In this document: piece by piece, positions 25,910-38,045 of the stretch
How positions within the stretch are numbered: the first letter of the stretch is position 1
How the letters are laid out: each line of letters starts with the position of its first letter
Assembly: GCA_002633005.1 (NCBI GenBank)
Contig: NMRA01000473.1
Location: 253,668 to 317,667 of the forward strand
From: Phoronis australis
Lineage: Eukaryota; Animalia; Phoronida
Reading direction: 5' to 3'
Length of the DNA stretch: 64,000 bases
Translations under genes and position numbers: made by a program
The notes under the pieces: model-generated
Databases searched by the model: none
Seen by the model: the letters and a program-made list of their open reading frames with translations, nothing else
What the model was told of the DNA's origin: nothing

Positions 25910-27620
25910 ATACCGGGAAAACTGTTCATATTTTATAGTAATCTATCTTGTCACGGGTACGCCACGAGCTATGTTGCAGAATAAAACAAGAGGAGGATTG
26001 AGAATAATGTCATTTATTATCACGTAAATAGAAAGAAATAAATAAGACTCTGTAAGATGGGCATGGAAAAAACGCCAATATATAGGCCTTTAGTGTGAAT
26101 AATAAACCGAACGTACGTCAAATCAAATTCCTGGAGACTACACCGACGCGCACATGTGGTAAGAGGTTACACAAAGTCGTGTTTTTGTGATAATCAATGT
26201 GCTATTCTCGTGAACTCGGTGATAATTGTGCCATCAACTCAGAAGCAGTTCCTCGTGTCCCTGTCCTCAGCATCAACATTGACCTGCAGGTGTCCCTAAA
26301 ACTTAAATTGTACCTGTAGAACATAGAACCGCGTCCACATTCGAGAGTTGACTGTGTTACGGGCTAAAATTTTCTGGTCACTTACCAAATGCCAACTGAA
26401 TCTCATATGCAAGGACTTATTTAGTTGTGCAAAATAAAAAGAGAATTGTCAAAATCAGATCATGTTTGAGAAATTTAGGCATTTTTTGTCTCTGAATTTC
26501 ATGCAGTTTTTACGTTAAGAGTGGCCATTTAAGAAATTCCAATTTTCATGTATCAACAGTAGAAAAAACATTTTATTTAGTAAGCAATTGTTTTGATGTG
26601 ACTAGGAATAACTAAAGTCACTTCCAGAATCACTTAGATGAAGTTGTGCTTAATCATCGAGAAATGGTAGCGTTAATCTATATGAAGCAGGAGCTTGTTA
26701 CCAAATTGTTATTTCTAGGTTTCTAACCCTGTTAACAGAAATAAAGGTTAAAAGGTAAAGTTGACACTCCACACTCCATACTAAGAGAAATGAGCCTATG
26801 CAACATAGTAAACTATTCAATATCTAAACAAACCAAAAGTTTGGATATTAATTGGGTTCTGCTGTGTTGAAAAAGGGACAAAAAAGGCTCACAAAATGTA
26901 GTGTACATATGAACAAGGTAAATGGACGAAACATTTTTTCATTATTGAGAGAAACCGACAATTGTCCATGTACAACAAAGAATGCAGGAAGCCTAGTGTG
27001 TTTTGTAATGCATTAGACATGCCCAGGCCACGTGGTTAGGCCAACTGCACGAAACTTAGTGCCCCAGTATCCATCAACTGGTTCTTTGTGAACAAAGTTA
27101 TCAAGCCTGTCTGTATTTTTAAGGAAAATTAGCAGACTTTCCATTTCTTGCTATCACTATATGTTGTGGGCACGTAATGGTGTCCATCTTAGAAATGTGA
27201 CACTTAATATGTCTGAAAATGGGGAAAGCATTGTCGACTGCTTAACAGAAACCTTTTTGCCACTTATCATGAAAATCCAAAGTTACAGAGGTAAACCTAA
27301 ACAAACTAAAATTGCCACTGAGGATACAGCAGTAATCAGATCACTCAAAATCCAACATGAACTCTGGTCGGCTTCATAGAAACACATTTGACAAATCTCA
27401 TTATTATCCTGCATGTGATTTATGAGATACAGCAACCGACATGGATGCCCAGACAGAAGCGAGGCAATGTGCAACCAGCAGACAAATATGCGGGTGACTA
27501 AAACAAGACCAATAACACAAATGCTCAATTTTGTACACCTTTGAGTTTGCCACTGTTATGGAAACTTCAGATGTTAGAATAAACATAAACCATTCATTCC
27601 TTCTAAGTCTTAAAAAAAAA

Positions 27621-28358
27621 TCATATTAACGTGAGTGCACTATGAGTGACTCCCTTAAAAGACCCACTATTCTCTCTAGCACTCATTTTGCCTATAATGG
27701 ACTTGGCAAAGGACAGTTGCCTAAACCGCCCCATTTTCTCACAACCTGGTTGCAGATCACAACGGTTGGTGTCTGCCACAGGCCTAACCTTGAAGCCTCG
27801 GATCACAATTGGCTTTTTCTCAATCAAACTAACTTTCCATTCATCACTGGACATGTCACGACTGTGATGACCCAGCTTTCTTTTCTTAAACTTTTCTCCA
27901 ACCACCCCTCCACTACCTGGCCTTTTCATAGAGATCGTCATTTTGATCCCTTTCTCTGGGTCTGTCACAGAGCTTTTCACCGACATAGACACCTGAGTAG
28001 CGAATGACGTGTCCTCTGAATTCCCTGAGAGACAAGACTTGCTCTCTGACTTGTCATCATGTTCCATGTCTTCATCTTGCCCTCTCTGCACTTCATGTGG
28101 TTCACGTAGAAACTGCTCAAGTAAATCCTCACCTGTTTGTTTGACACTAACATCAGTCATTTGCATCCTTGGACTGTGAACTGCAGGCAAACAAACCACT
28201 GCCTCAGGTTGAGGAAGGCGGGCAATAAAGCTATCTCCAAAGTAACTATAAAGATTGGTGTAGATTTTGTTAAAATCATGTTGTTGAGATGCTGATCTTT
28301 TCGCTGGATCAATTTTTCTATCAACCCATTGAGACTTAAGAAATACTTCGGCGGCCAC
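27621..28358 (-). CDS. TAF6L: TAF6L exon 11 (terminal)
   Basis: TTACAG acceptor; VAAEVFLK...LYSYFGDS... 245 aa to TGA. All 11 exons sum to 1881 nt, giving 626 aa without frameshift. Confidence 0.85.
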   Translation of the reverse strand: MAAEVFLKSQWVDRKIDPAKRSASQQHDFNKIYTNLYSYFGDSFIARLPQPEAVVCLPAVHSPRMQMTDVSVKQTGEDLLEQFLREPHEVQRGQDEDMEHDDKSESKSCLSGNSEDTSFATQVSMSVKSSVTDPEKGIKMTISMKRPGSGGVVGEKFKKRKLGHHSRDMSSDEWKVSLIEKKPIVIRGFKVRPVADTNRCDLQPGCEKMGRFRQLSFAKSIIGKMSARENSGSFKGVTHSALTLI

Positions 28359-28990
28359 CTGTAACAATACAAAACACATTTCAACATTGCATAATAACGC
28401 CTGACCTAACATGTTTTGGAATGCAATGGCCACTAAACAAAATGGACAGACAACTCCCACAGTCCTCTAGCCACCAATAGAGTCATTTCACTTTCCCTCG
28501 CAGTACCTTTACACCATAAACCAATTTCCCATTGTCATTTGTGCCTACTATGCCAACCACAGAAAACTTAGCTCCAACATGGACACGGAGCCATATGACT
28601 ACAGGTGTCACCACCTCTACTGGAAGGTGATCAACACCTGTTATTGTCTTAATCTCAGACAATGTTCCTTAATGAGGATATTTTGTAATTAATTAAAACC
28701 AAAATGTTGGTGAACTTTTTGCGTCTGGTTTATTTTTACTTACTTTACAGCATGTAGAATAATTTACAATTTGTACAACTGCAAAGAAAAGAGTGCAGGT
28801 GGTCTAAATCAATGTTTGTTGTGGTTCATCATCAGACTTGTTCAGACCTCATGGTTGGGCCAAGGAGTGTACTAGTACTACTACACTCCTTGGTTGGGCC
28901 CATTGCACAAAACACCAGAGCTTGTACAACTAAACAAGACACCTGGTTAAATAAAATAAATGAACATTCAGTGGCGAACCATTCACTCAC

Positions 28991-29110
28991 CAACAGTGCT
29001 CCATGCACCCTGCTGGCGTCCACCTGCTGGCAGTGTCCTTGCTCCTCCATCAGGCAGAGTAGGGAAAAGGCGCGAGACTGGATATAGGCAAAGAGGACCT
29101 CCTCTACAGC
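28991..29110 (-). CDS. TAF6L: TAF6L exon 10
   Basis: TTGTAG / GTGAGT; AVEEVLFAYI...DASRVHGALL; phase 0/0. Confidence 0.85.
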
Positions 29111-29171
29111 CTACAACATTGAAATCAAATAGATGTTGCAATGTCGTGCAGTTACCGACGAATAAAAATAT

Positions 29172-29282
29172 AAAATAGTAAAACTAGTAAAACTAAAATG
29201 ACGAGCGTCGGTACTAAAATATATCAAAATATCCCCACGTATCGAGCGATGCGCTCTTTCTCAAGGGGGTGCTACAGACTGC
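29172..29282 (-). repeat. 111-bp dispersed module with hammerhead-like fold, copy 1
   Basis: Reverse complement of 60920-61030 with 4 mismatches by eye. Confidence 0.85.
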
Positions 29283-29409
29283 AGATTGCATCAGACGTGC
29301 GCAGGCTGCTCAGATAGGCTCATTGTATCAAACACCTGAAACCATTTTTAATTACACAAATTAACACCAAGCTAAGGAGGTGATGACCTCACCAGAGGGT
29401 CCATCAAGA

Positions 29410-29481
29410 GGCTACACTTGGATTAGAACCATCCACCTTGAGAAGAGCAGGTGGACACTCAACCCACTAGACCACGCTGTC
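29410..29481 (-). mobile_element. Decayed tRNA-derived SINE head
   Basis: A-box-like TGGTCTAGTGG and B-box-like GGTTCTAATCC at tRNA spacing; no cloverleaf evident. Confidence 0.5.
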
Positions 29482-29940
29482 TCTTCTTTATGGATGTGTT
29501 GACAAGCTACTACATTAAAAGCTAAATTGAATGTATTTGTGAGGCTTACGACTGAAAAATTTAAATATTGGCAAAAATATGCCAGTTGCACTTTCTGTAT
29601 TTTGCAACTTCAAAAATGAGTTGGGCACAGACAAGAACCAAATATACTTTTTGGCCTGACGAACTTTTTACATAGCCACAATGAAAGTTGTATTGACTGT
29701 AGTCAAATCTATACAATGTCTTAAATATTGGCAACACATGGTATGTGAAAGGATTGTCTAGTTTGTAACCACACATAATGAAGGTCTCCTTTATATTTCT
29801 GGCAAGCAAGGTGTACACTAATGGGAAACCTCTTCATTTATCAACAAAAAAACTATGTAAAATATTTTCATGCACTTTCTACTTCATTATGCTGGTGAAC
29901 AGAAACAAGGCCATAGTCTACCACTTAAGGTTACACAAAC

Positions 29941-30073
29941 CTTTGGTCCAAGTAATGTGATTGCCCTAAGAGCACCATAGTGTGAACACAGTGGTCGGTT
30001 TTCATCCCGTAGAACTGTTTGCAATGACAGCACAGTCTGAGAGAACAAATTATTGGTTGCAGTCTCACAAGCC
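29941..30073 (-). CDS. TAF6L: TAF6L exon 9
   Basis: TTCCAG / GTTTGT; ...VLRDENRPLCSHYGALRAITLLGPK (RPLCSHYGA motif); phase 2/0. Confidence 0.92.
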
Positions 30074-30169
30074 CTGGAAATACGACAAGCAGAGAATATA
30101 ATGCTGTCTTTTATTTTGAGGTTTTCAGGACAACTATTTCCACATGAACAACACTTTTAACACATTTAA

Positions 30170-31686
30170 AGAAGAATGCCACCCGACTTAATCAGTCTTT
30201 AATACCGTTTTAAATGGTTTATGTCCACATCACCCGTATACAGTCCATCTTATCTCGCGGCGAGGTGTCGCATTAACCTGTGAGGAAGGTGAGTAAACGA
30301 CGCAGCGATGTCAGTGGTTCTTCAGCAGAGTGAATGCCACTATGATGTGGTATATCGTTCCTGCTTGTGTGAACTACTAAGCTGCGAGAAAAGCGGCTAT
30401 ATCGTTTTTTTCGATTTCCTTGAGAGCCTGAAATGCTTCGAAAGTGGGTCGCGGCAGTGAAGAATGGAAAGTACGCTGTTAGCAGGTATGAGGTCATGAA
30501 ACATCTCCCTGCCTGTGGCCGGCATTTCGTCTACAGTGATTTCACTGATGAATGCCGGCTTACCAAACAGCTCATACCAGGACAACAAAAGAGTCTGATG
30601 AGCACTCGTCTAAGTCAGGATTGCAAGTTATTTCCATGTTGACGTTTATTATTGTGCATTCTGTTTCAAAATGAATTATTCTCACCCTAACCAATGCTTA
30701 TATCAAACTGAAACAAAGTGTCAAAGTCTGTCTCATTAAATAAAATTTGTAATGCCTTTGGAGTGTTCGAGAGTGCAAATGTTTTGAGAAGCCACCAATG
30801 AATAAATCACTGCATTACCGGCTTTAGATGCAATAAAGCTAATTGACAGGGCACCGAGGCCGTGTGAGCGCATGCTAATGCAGTTTTTTGCTGACAGAAA
30901 GTTGTTGTGAAACAATAATTCGATTTTATATGCTATAGTCAGATGTTTGGGGAATCTTTATTTAGATATATAAATATATATATATATATATTCGAATCAT
31001 TGTTACTATAGAACTTTTACCCTGACTTCGCGGCCCCCAATGAGTAAGTAGATTTGCAGTTTCGGGGCTAAATCACCAAAACAATCACATGAACATTATT
31101 TCTTTGGCTCACTAGTATAGTCTTTTCATGACTGGAAGTTTAGTTTCCAACCTTGGCTGGTTTATGTTCGCGATGTCTTCAGTCTGGCCGCCACTGGCCA
31201 GGATAACAAGTGCTTTGTGTGTTTAGAACTGAAAAAATCGCAAGTCTAAAATTACAACACACAGCTATAATCTCCTCTCTGTATTTCACAGAATAATTCA
31301 AATTTTTCATTGAACAGACCCCAAACTCCTGCAACCGACCTTGGTAAATTGGCCTATCGAACATTGTAGGCTAAGGTATATTCGAATACCTATAAATCCG
31401 TAACAGTGAAATATAACAACACGTTGTGTTTGTAAGGGTTTTACATTGAATTTTCAAATAGATTAACTATTGGTGTAAGACAATGAATTCAAGCAATAAG
31501 GTGACACCAGTAAGTGTGTTGTGAACTGCTGAACAGACTGCATTCGAGCCCATGACGTCATTGGTTTATTTCAACACCTCCGTCTGCCGTCAGGTGTCAG
31601 ATAAAAGAACTGTACGTGCTGTTATCGAGTGGAACTACTTGATCTAAATTGATACAAAATAGGTTGGTTTTGGGTGGCATCCTCCT
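30170..31686 (+). mobile_element. Kolobok family B, non-autonomous
   Basis: TTAA|AGAAGAATGCCACCC ... GGGTGGCATCCTCCT|TTAA; THAP remnant ~30335-30640 (IVPACVNY*..FFRFP*...KW...CGRHFVYSDF). Confidence 0.85.
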
Positions 31687-32255
31687 TTAATAAGTGAACC
31701 ACAGAAGTCAATTAAAATCGCTTTCTATTGGGTACAGCAATTTTTCGAACATGACAGTTTTTAATTGTTTAAAATATATAATTAAAAAGGTCATTTTCTT
31801 TAAGTTCATGTAGGGCCGTAACAACCTGTCTTGTGTAATTAGCCAAAATCTACAGGAAAGTAAATTCTGACAGAGAATTGTATTTTTGACTTTTCAACCA
31901 TCTGTCATTAATTGGGTCATGTGATCATGTCTGTTTTGGTAAAATTTACCAGAAAACAAAGGTACATTGATAGCAAAACAACAGTATCAATAACATGACC
32001 AAATTTCATTAGATGCCTACTTTCAAGATGAAAGCTCAAAAATGCCTAACAGTGTATTGGAGAACAATGCACAATGCAAACTCCATGAAAGTTTTTTTTA
32101 ATTCGAACAGAAATTACGGAGATATGATGTCCTGAGCTCAGTCAAATTTTGCCACAAGGGCCGTACATAACCTTAAAAAAACTTCTAACTGTCAGGTGTG
32201 TCACCATCATACTGTCACAAGATGTGCTAAGTGTGTTACCATCATACTCTCACTT

Positions 32256-32407
32256 GGGCTGAGTTGCATAAAGCTTCAAAAGTTATCCGCTGGATAGGTT
32301 TGATTGTTGCATGACGTCAGGTGCAGTGCTCAACACTAACAACGTGACGCGTGATAATGCGACATCATTGTTGCTATACAGTGTGTAACTTTTATGCAAG
32401 TAGGCCC
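32256..32407. mobile_element. Small Harbinger-like MITE
   Basis: GGGCTGAGTTGCATAAA ... TTTATGCAAGTAGGCCC imperfect TIRs. Confidence 0.55.
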
Positions 32408-32442
32408 AGGTGTGTCAAGTGTGTCACCATGATAACTCTCAC

Positions 32443-32567
32443 CTGGTCATAAATGCCAACAAAAATGCAGCATAGTCTCGTAAAAGCCAGCCATTGTCAG
32501 ATGGGGAAGCAGCCAGTGGCAGAGGCTCAACTAAACAGTACGTGACAGCTTGAGTGAGAAGGGTCAG
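32443..32567 (-). CDS. TAF6L: TAF6L exon 8
   Basis: TTTCAG / GTGAG; LTLLTQAVTYCLVEPL...WLLRDYAAFLLAFMT (WxLRDxAA motif); phase 0/2. Confidence 0.9.
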
Positions 32568-33523
32568 CTGAAAAAGAGTTTGAGGTCGTCATTACTGGAA
32601 CAGAATCACAGTGATGCCAACACATCAGACACAGATTGGAGGATTGAAAGCAGGGAGTATTTTGAAGACAGAGAAGAACTTTTTTAGTTCAAACATTAAA
32701 CATTTATTTTGCGCATGTTAATAGTCAGCCATTTCCAGCTGACCACCTTTAATAATGAAACAACATGGCCATCACCATGCGTGTTCACATTGTCTCAACA
32801 ATTACTCTTTAAATGCAGCTAGCTATGCGTAAATTTAGATTGGCTAAAAAAGTTTTTCAAAAAAATTAAACAGCTCAGGAATTTTCCATTCAAAATGAAA
32901 CACGTAATTTGAATGCATGATGGTTAGAATATCTGGATACACAAGATCCAATTAATAAATAAAGTTTGGCCGCCATCACACCAAACGTAGTTCAGACTTG
33001 CCCTAATACTATTGATAAAACATCCCATGGGATCATCAGAAACTGGCAACTTTGGACAAAAAATAGTTTGAATGCAATACTTGAGATATAAGTACATTCA
33101 TGTACTATTTTGATTGCAATGGAAAAGACTAGGTAAAACATGTCAAGGCCGTTCACTTAAACGTTCTCTTATAAACTATACAAGCATGGCAGTTAGAAAT
33201 ATGAGCTTCCCCAATTTTATTGTTAAAAAAGCATGGACAAGACATGTTGAAACAAACTCGATGTTCTAGAGAACACTTCATATTTCAGTTATTCTTGGGG
33301 GTGTTACTCATAATGTCCATCTTCTTACTCTTCTCCCTACCAAAATTTACACCCACCTCTGAATACATGTCAGGTAGGTGTTGAAATGTTCTGCCTCTAT
33401 TCCCCATAATGGGTGATAATGGATGCTCATAACCGAGACCAAGGAAGTACCAGAAAAATGGGTAGTCGCCTACCTGAGATAATTAACAGGTAGTGCCTAC
33501 CTAAGACAATATTACATACTTAC

Positions 33524-33625
33524 ATAGGGGTGATGTAACAAGTATAGTGCAGGGTTCCTGATGAGAGAATGAACCATGTAGAGTAACTTGGTGAGTTGGT
33601 GCACATCATAACTAACAGTCTTCAC
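33524..33625 (-). CDS. TAF6L: TAF6L exon 7
   Basis: GGTAG / GTAAGT; VKTVSYDVHQLTKLLYMVHSLIRNPALYLLHHPY. Confidence 0.9.
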
Positions 33626-33851
33626 CTACCAATCAACAGTAAGCACAACTGGATTACAAGCACATTAACAACATTGATGGCCCCTGCATTTAATACTTGA
33701 CAGATACAGTACAAGTTTTTAACCAAAGAGAATATGGGGAGAAAATGTGCATGGAAAAATTTACATATTTCGAGATATAAAAAATGGCGGTTGCACAGTG
33801 AAGTGACGACTGACACAATGTGAGCTACAAGGTGAGCTACAAATTTGACTA

Positions 33852-35037
33852 CCGTATTCACCCTAATAAGCGCCATGCCCTTATAAGTGCCCCCATGCAT
33901 TTTCAGACTTTGGTAAAATAAGCGCCCAGTCCATGTACATGCGAAAAATGCCTTACCTACAGTTCTAAAATTCTACACTAACGTCTTCAATTTATCAATA
34001 ACATCCGCCAGTCCTGAAACAATCATTGTGCGTGGAATTTGTAGACCACGAGACTCGCCGCTTTGTCGGTATTTACCCGTGACTATACACTTCAAACTTC
34101 CAGCGTGCTTAAAAAATAATGCAAAATTTTGCTGATCTTGCGAGGGACGTATTCCATTATGGTCTGGCCTTTCAGAACAGACGCAGCATACTTGTCAAAG
34201 GGATTGTATTGTATCTTTCCCGTAGAGATCTTCTCCCTCAACAGGAATCCAAATTCTTTGTATACATGAAAACCGCGAATCGAAGACTAATAAAAACACG
34301 ACCTTTGTTAAAAGCACGTGGCCAGGAAGCGCGCGCTACATACAAGTACCTGTCATCGAAGATTAATCGTCATGAAACGGGTAGAATAGCATCAGCAAGA
34401 AATAAATACTGGCACTTATTTCCGAAAGTTTCTAATGCCGAAAAAAAAGTTTGCATTATTTTTAGGGGGAATTATTAAATTAATCGTAATTAGTGTTTTT
34501 AAAGTCAAACTGACCCACTGATCTTGAGCACTTCCACACCCTTACAACCCCTGAATCTCACAAAAAATAACTGTTAGACTGTCACACATCCAGTCACCCG
34601 GAGACTAACCGGTCAATTCTCTAACGTTATTTAGCAGATGAGATCAACACGTGCTAAATAAAACATGTTCTGCTTTACTGCTTGTGTTTATTTCTTTAGT
34701 TACAACGCACACCTAGATCGTTACATCCTGTTTACTCTGGCAAATGAACTCTGATGACACGCACGCGCTCGCTCACACACACAATATACGCGAACGAACT
34801 TCAAAACAAACAGCACGTGACAACAACATTGTGTGTTCGTCCAGAGATTTTTCTCGTGTTGCGGAGTACGATCTAGCTCAGATTTGGACTTAATATGCAG
34901 TTAATCCAGATTCCAAAGGAACTTAAAAATCTTAGGGACGCTATTTTGAAAACTTAAGGAGGACTTCAGGAAATTTGTTGAGTCGAAACTATACTTTTAC
35001 TCAAGAATTCAAGTTGACTGATCGGCGATCACGAAGC
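33852..35037 (-). mobile_element. TA|CCGTA-type DNA transposon fragment
   Basis: Terminus TA|CCGTATTCACCCTAATAAGCGCC; 34565-35037 is an inverted copy of 36778-37267. Confidence 0.6.
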
Positions 35038-35860
35038 TGCAACACGTGCTGGAATTCTTTTTAACAAAATTTTCAGCTCGAGTGTTTACCCACAGGCATG
35101 GTGTGACGCAATGTTGACTGCTGTATTCAAGCAGGGTTGTCAAGAGGATGAATATAATTATAGAGGGATATCAATGTTGGCTGTCATGGGTAAATTATTC
35201 ACAAAGACAGTGAATGACCAGCTTAGCAACTGGGCTGAAGCACATGTCATTTTACATGAATTGCACGCAGAGAAAGGGTTACTGCGCACAAGACCAGTTA
35301 CTTCGACTATATGCTTTGAATCAAAAACATACAAGTAAACAAGGTAGTTGTTTTTACTGTGTCTTTATAGGTTTTTCAAAACCCTTTGATAAAATTTCTT
35401 ATAATTTATTGTGGAAAAGACAGCAAAAAGTTGGTATCCACAGTAATATATTAAAAATAATCAAATCTATGAATAGCAACTAAAGAACTTGTATAAAGAC
35501 TCCAGCTGGGTTGACAAACTATTTTAATTGCAGCGTTGGGACAAGACAGGGCTGCATGATTAGTCCCGTCTTATTCACCATGTACTTAAATGAGTTTATT
35601 GAAGAACTGAGAAATGACATGATAAAAGGTATTTTTATCAATGAAAATGTTCAGGATGTGAATTCACTTTTATATGCAGATGAAACTACAAAGAAAAATC
35701 AATTGATTGTCTTTTCAATTACTGTAAGTCCTGGGGGATGAGTGAAAATTTGAAAAAGACAAAAACTACAGTGTTTTGTAATGGGGAACCACTCAGGCCT
35801 TTTGAAAAATGGCATTTTGGAAATTATTTAATTGAGGTGGTCCCGCATTATAAGTATCTC

Positions 35861-36175
35861 AGGGTGTTTGTCACATCACAGTTAGCTTGGACAAAGGCTA
35901 CCAAAACAATGTCATGTCAAGGTAGGGTGTTTGTCACATCAAAGTTAGCTTGGGCAAAGGCTACCAAAACAATGCCATGTCAAAGTAGGGTGTTTGTCAC
36001 ATTAAAGTTAGCTTGGACAAAGGCTACCAAAACAATGTCATGTCAAGGTAGGGTGTTTGTCACATCAAAGTTAGCTTGGACAAAGGCTACCAAAACAATG
36101 TCATGTCAAGGTAGGGTGTTTGTCACATCAAAGTTAGCTTGGACAAAGGCTACCAAAACAATGTCATGTCAAGGT
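35861..36175 (+). repeat. 63-bp tandem repeat x5 within the LINE
   Basis: Units start at 35861, 35924, 35987, 36050 and 36113. Confidence 0.97.
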
Positions 36176-36501
36176 ACCAAATCAGCAATAGCCATCTATA
36201 CACTGTAAAAACGATCAAAGTTTACCTCAGTCTGTCTTCGTTATTTGACTTATTTGATAAAATAGTACACCTGACCTCACCTTATGTTGCGGAAGTGTGG
36301 TGGTTTGATAAGTATGAGTGTATTGAACGTGTTCATAAATTAATAAGTTTTGTAAAATGGTCCAGGGTGTAGGATCTACCACTTCACTTCAAATTCTGCA
36401 GTCTTAGCGAATATGGTCGCTATCCATTGTTTATCAAATATTATGTTAAATGACTGTATTAAGTACTGGTTCAAAATTTTGAAGATGCATTCTAACAGAT
36501 A

Positions 36502-37270
36502 CCGTAATCGCCCCAATAAGCACCCAGGGCGCTTAGAAATATTCGCTTTAGGAAGGGGGGGGGCGCTTATTATAGCCCAAAAGTGGTTGAAACTCGTTCT
36601 CCGAAACAGATGAAATCATAAGCTAGAATTCATCAAATTTACGCTCTGTGACGCATCTGTAACCTAAGACAAGAGTTTCTACAAAATTGCAGTGCACTGC
36701 TATCAAATTTAATTGTTAAATTACGAGCACTTTTCAGAAAATCTCAGTGCGAAAACTCGCCGACTGATGCATCGCTGCCTCGCGATCGCCGATAGGTCAA
36801 CTTGAATTCTTGAGTTAAAATATAGTTTCGACTCAAAAAATTATCTGAAGTCCTCTTTAAGTTTTCAAAATAGCGTCCTTAAGATTTTGTTCCTGTGGTG
36901 TCTGTATTAACTGCATATTAAGTCCAAATCTACGCTAGATCATACTCCGCAACACGAGAAAAATCTCTGGACGAACACACATGTTGTGTCACGTGATGTT
37001 TGTTTTGAAGTTCATCTACGTTACGGTATTGTGTGAGTGAGCGAGCACGTGCGTGTCATCAGAGTTCATTTGCCAGAGTAAACGTGATGTAACAATATAG
37101 GACTGGTGTGCATCGTAACTAAGGAAATTAACACAAGCAGTAAAGCAGAATGTGTTTTATTTAACACTAGTTGATCTCATCTGCTAAAAAACGTTCGAGA
37201 AATGTCTCGGTAAGGCCGATGTCATTGAGTCGGCTGGTGACTGGATGCGTGACAGTCCAACAGTTATATG
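36502..37270 (+). mobile_element. TA|CCGTA-type DNA transposon fragment inserted in the LINE
   Basis: TA|CCGTAATCGCCCCAATAAGCACCC terminus; shares ~480 bp with 34565-35037 in inverted orientation. Confidence 0.65.
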
Positions 37271-37908
37271 GTTTTTATGAGGTCTAGTTGAACCGTTGGT
37301 GTTGCCTGTGAGAAAAACTTTATTAATATTTTTTCTCAATGTATCATAGATAGTTACATATAGGGCCGGCAGAGCGACGTAGATAATAATTCTAATATAA
37401 GATACTCTTCTCAATTTAAATTAGAGTACATATTTGAATATTACTTGTTATCAAATTTGCCTAGAAAATTCACACATTTTATGTAATTTCGTTGAGTGAA
37501 TCATGATTTAGCTGTCAAAACTGGCAGGCAAAATTCTGTAACTTATTCTGAACATGTGTGTCTTTTCTGTTCAAATAACATCGAAGATGAAAATCATGTT
37601 TTACTTGTATACCCAGTATTCCATCATTTAAGGGTTAGATTTATGCAGGAAATATATTGGAGCAGTCCTAGTGTCAACTAAATTATTAGTTTAATGAAAA
37701 ACCCTGACACAAAGGTGTTACTGGTTTCATTTACCATTCATTTTGTAAGAGATCATCATTACATAAAGAAATGTCTGTGTCTCTCTAGTAATATAACTTT
37801 AATTGGTGTAATTGTACTTTGGGCCCATGGCTATGAATACTTGTAATAAACACTATATAAATAGCAACAAGTCAAATCAAGGTAAACCCTTTAAATACAA
37901 ATACTTAC

Positions 37909-37986
37909 CCCATTAGCTATAAAACTGCAGAAATGAGGCACAAGAGGAGATAGCTTATGATTTGTTCTCAGGTCATTAAGTACAAT
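37909..37986 (-). CDS. TAF6L: TAF6L exon 6
   Basis: TTTCAG / GTAAGT; IVLNDLRTNHKLSPLVPHFCSFIANG. Confidence 0.9.
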
Positions 37987-38045
37987 CTGAAATAATTTAA
38001 TTAACAGAATGGACAAAACATATGTTGGAAGGTAAGGTACACGCC

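Larger units (their letters stand above)
35045..37860 (+). mobile_element. Decayed RTEX/CR1-like LINE, interrupted at 36502-37270
   Basis: NYRGISML..MGKLFT, GTRQGCMISPVLF.MYLNE, LLYADE, YKYL, and C-terminal HDLAVKTGR...CLFC...IEDENHVLL. Confidence 0.85.

Noticed and set aside
27621-28460. 279-aa stand-alone ORF
   Set aside because: Its first 34 codons are intronic; it is the last exon of TAF6L.
28832-28942. Possible alternative terminal exon or read-through of TAF6L exon 10
   Set aside because: No homology signal; the 28358 acceptor gives the expected conserved continuation.
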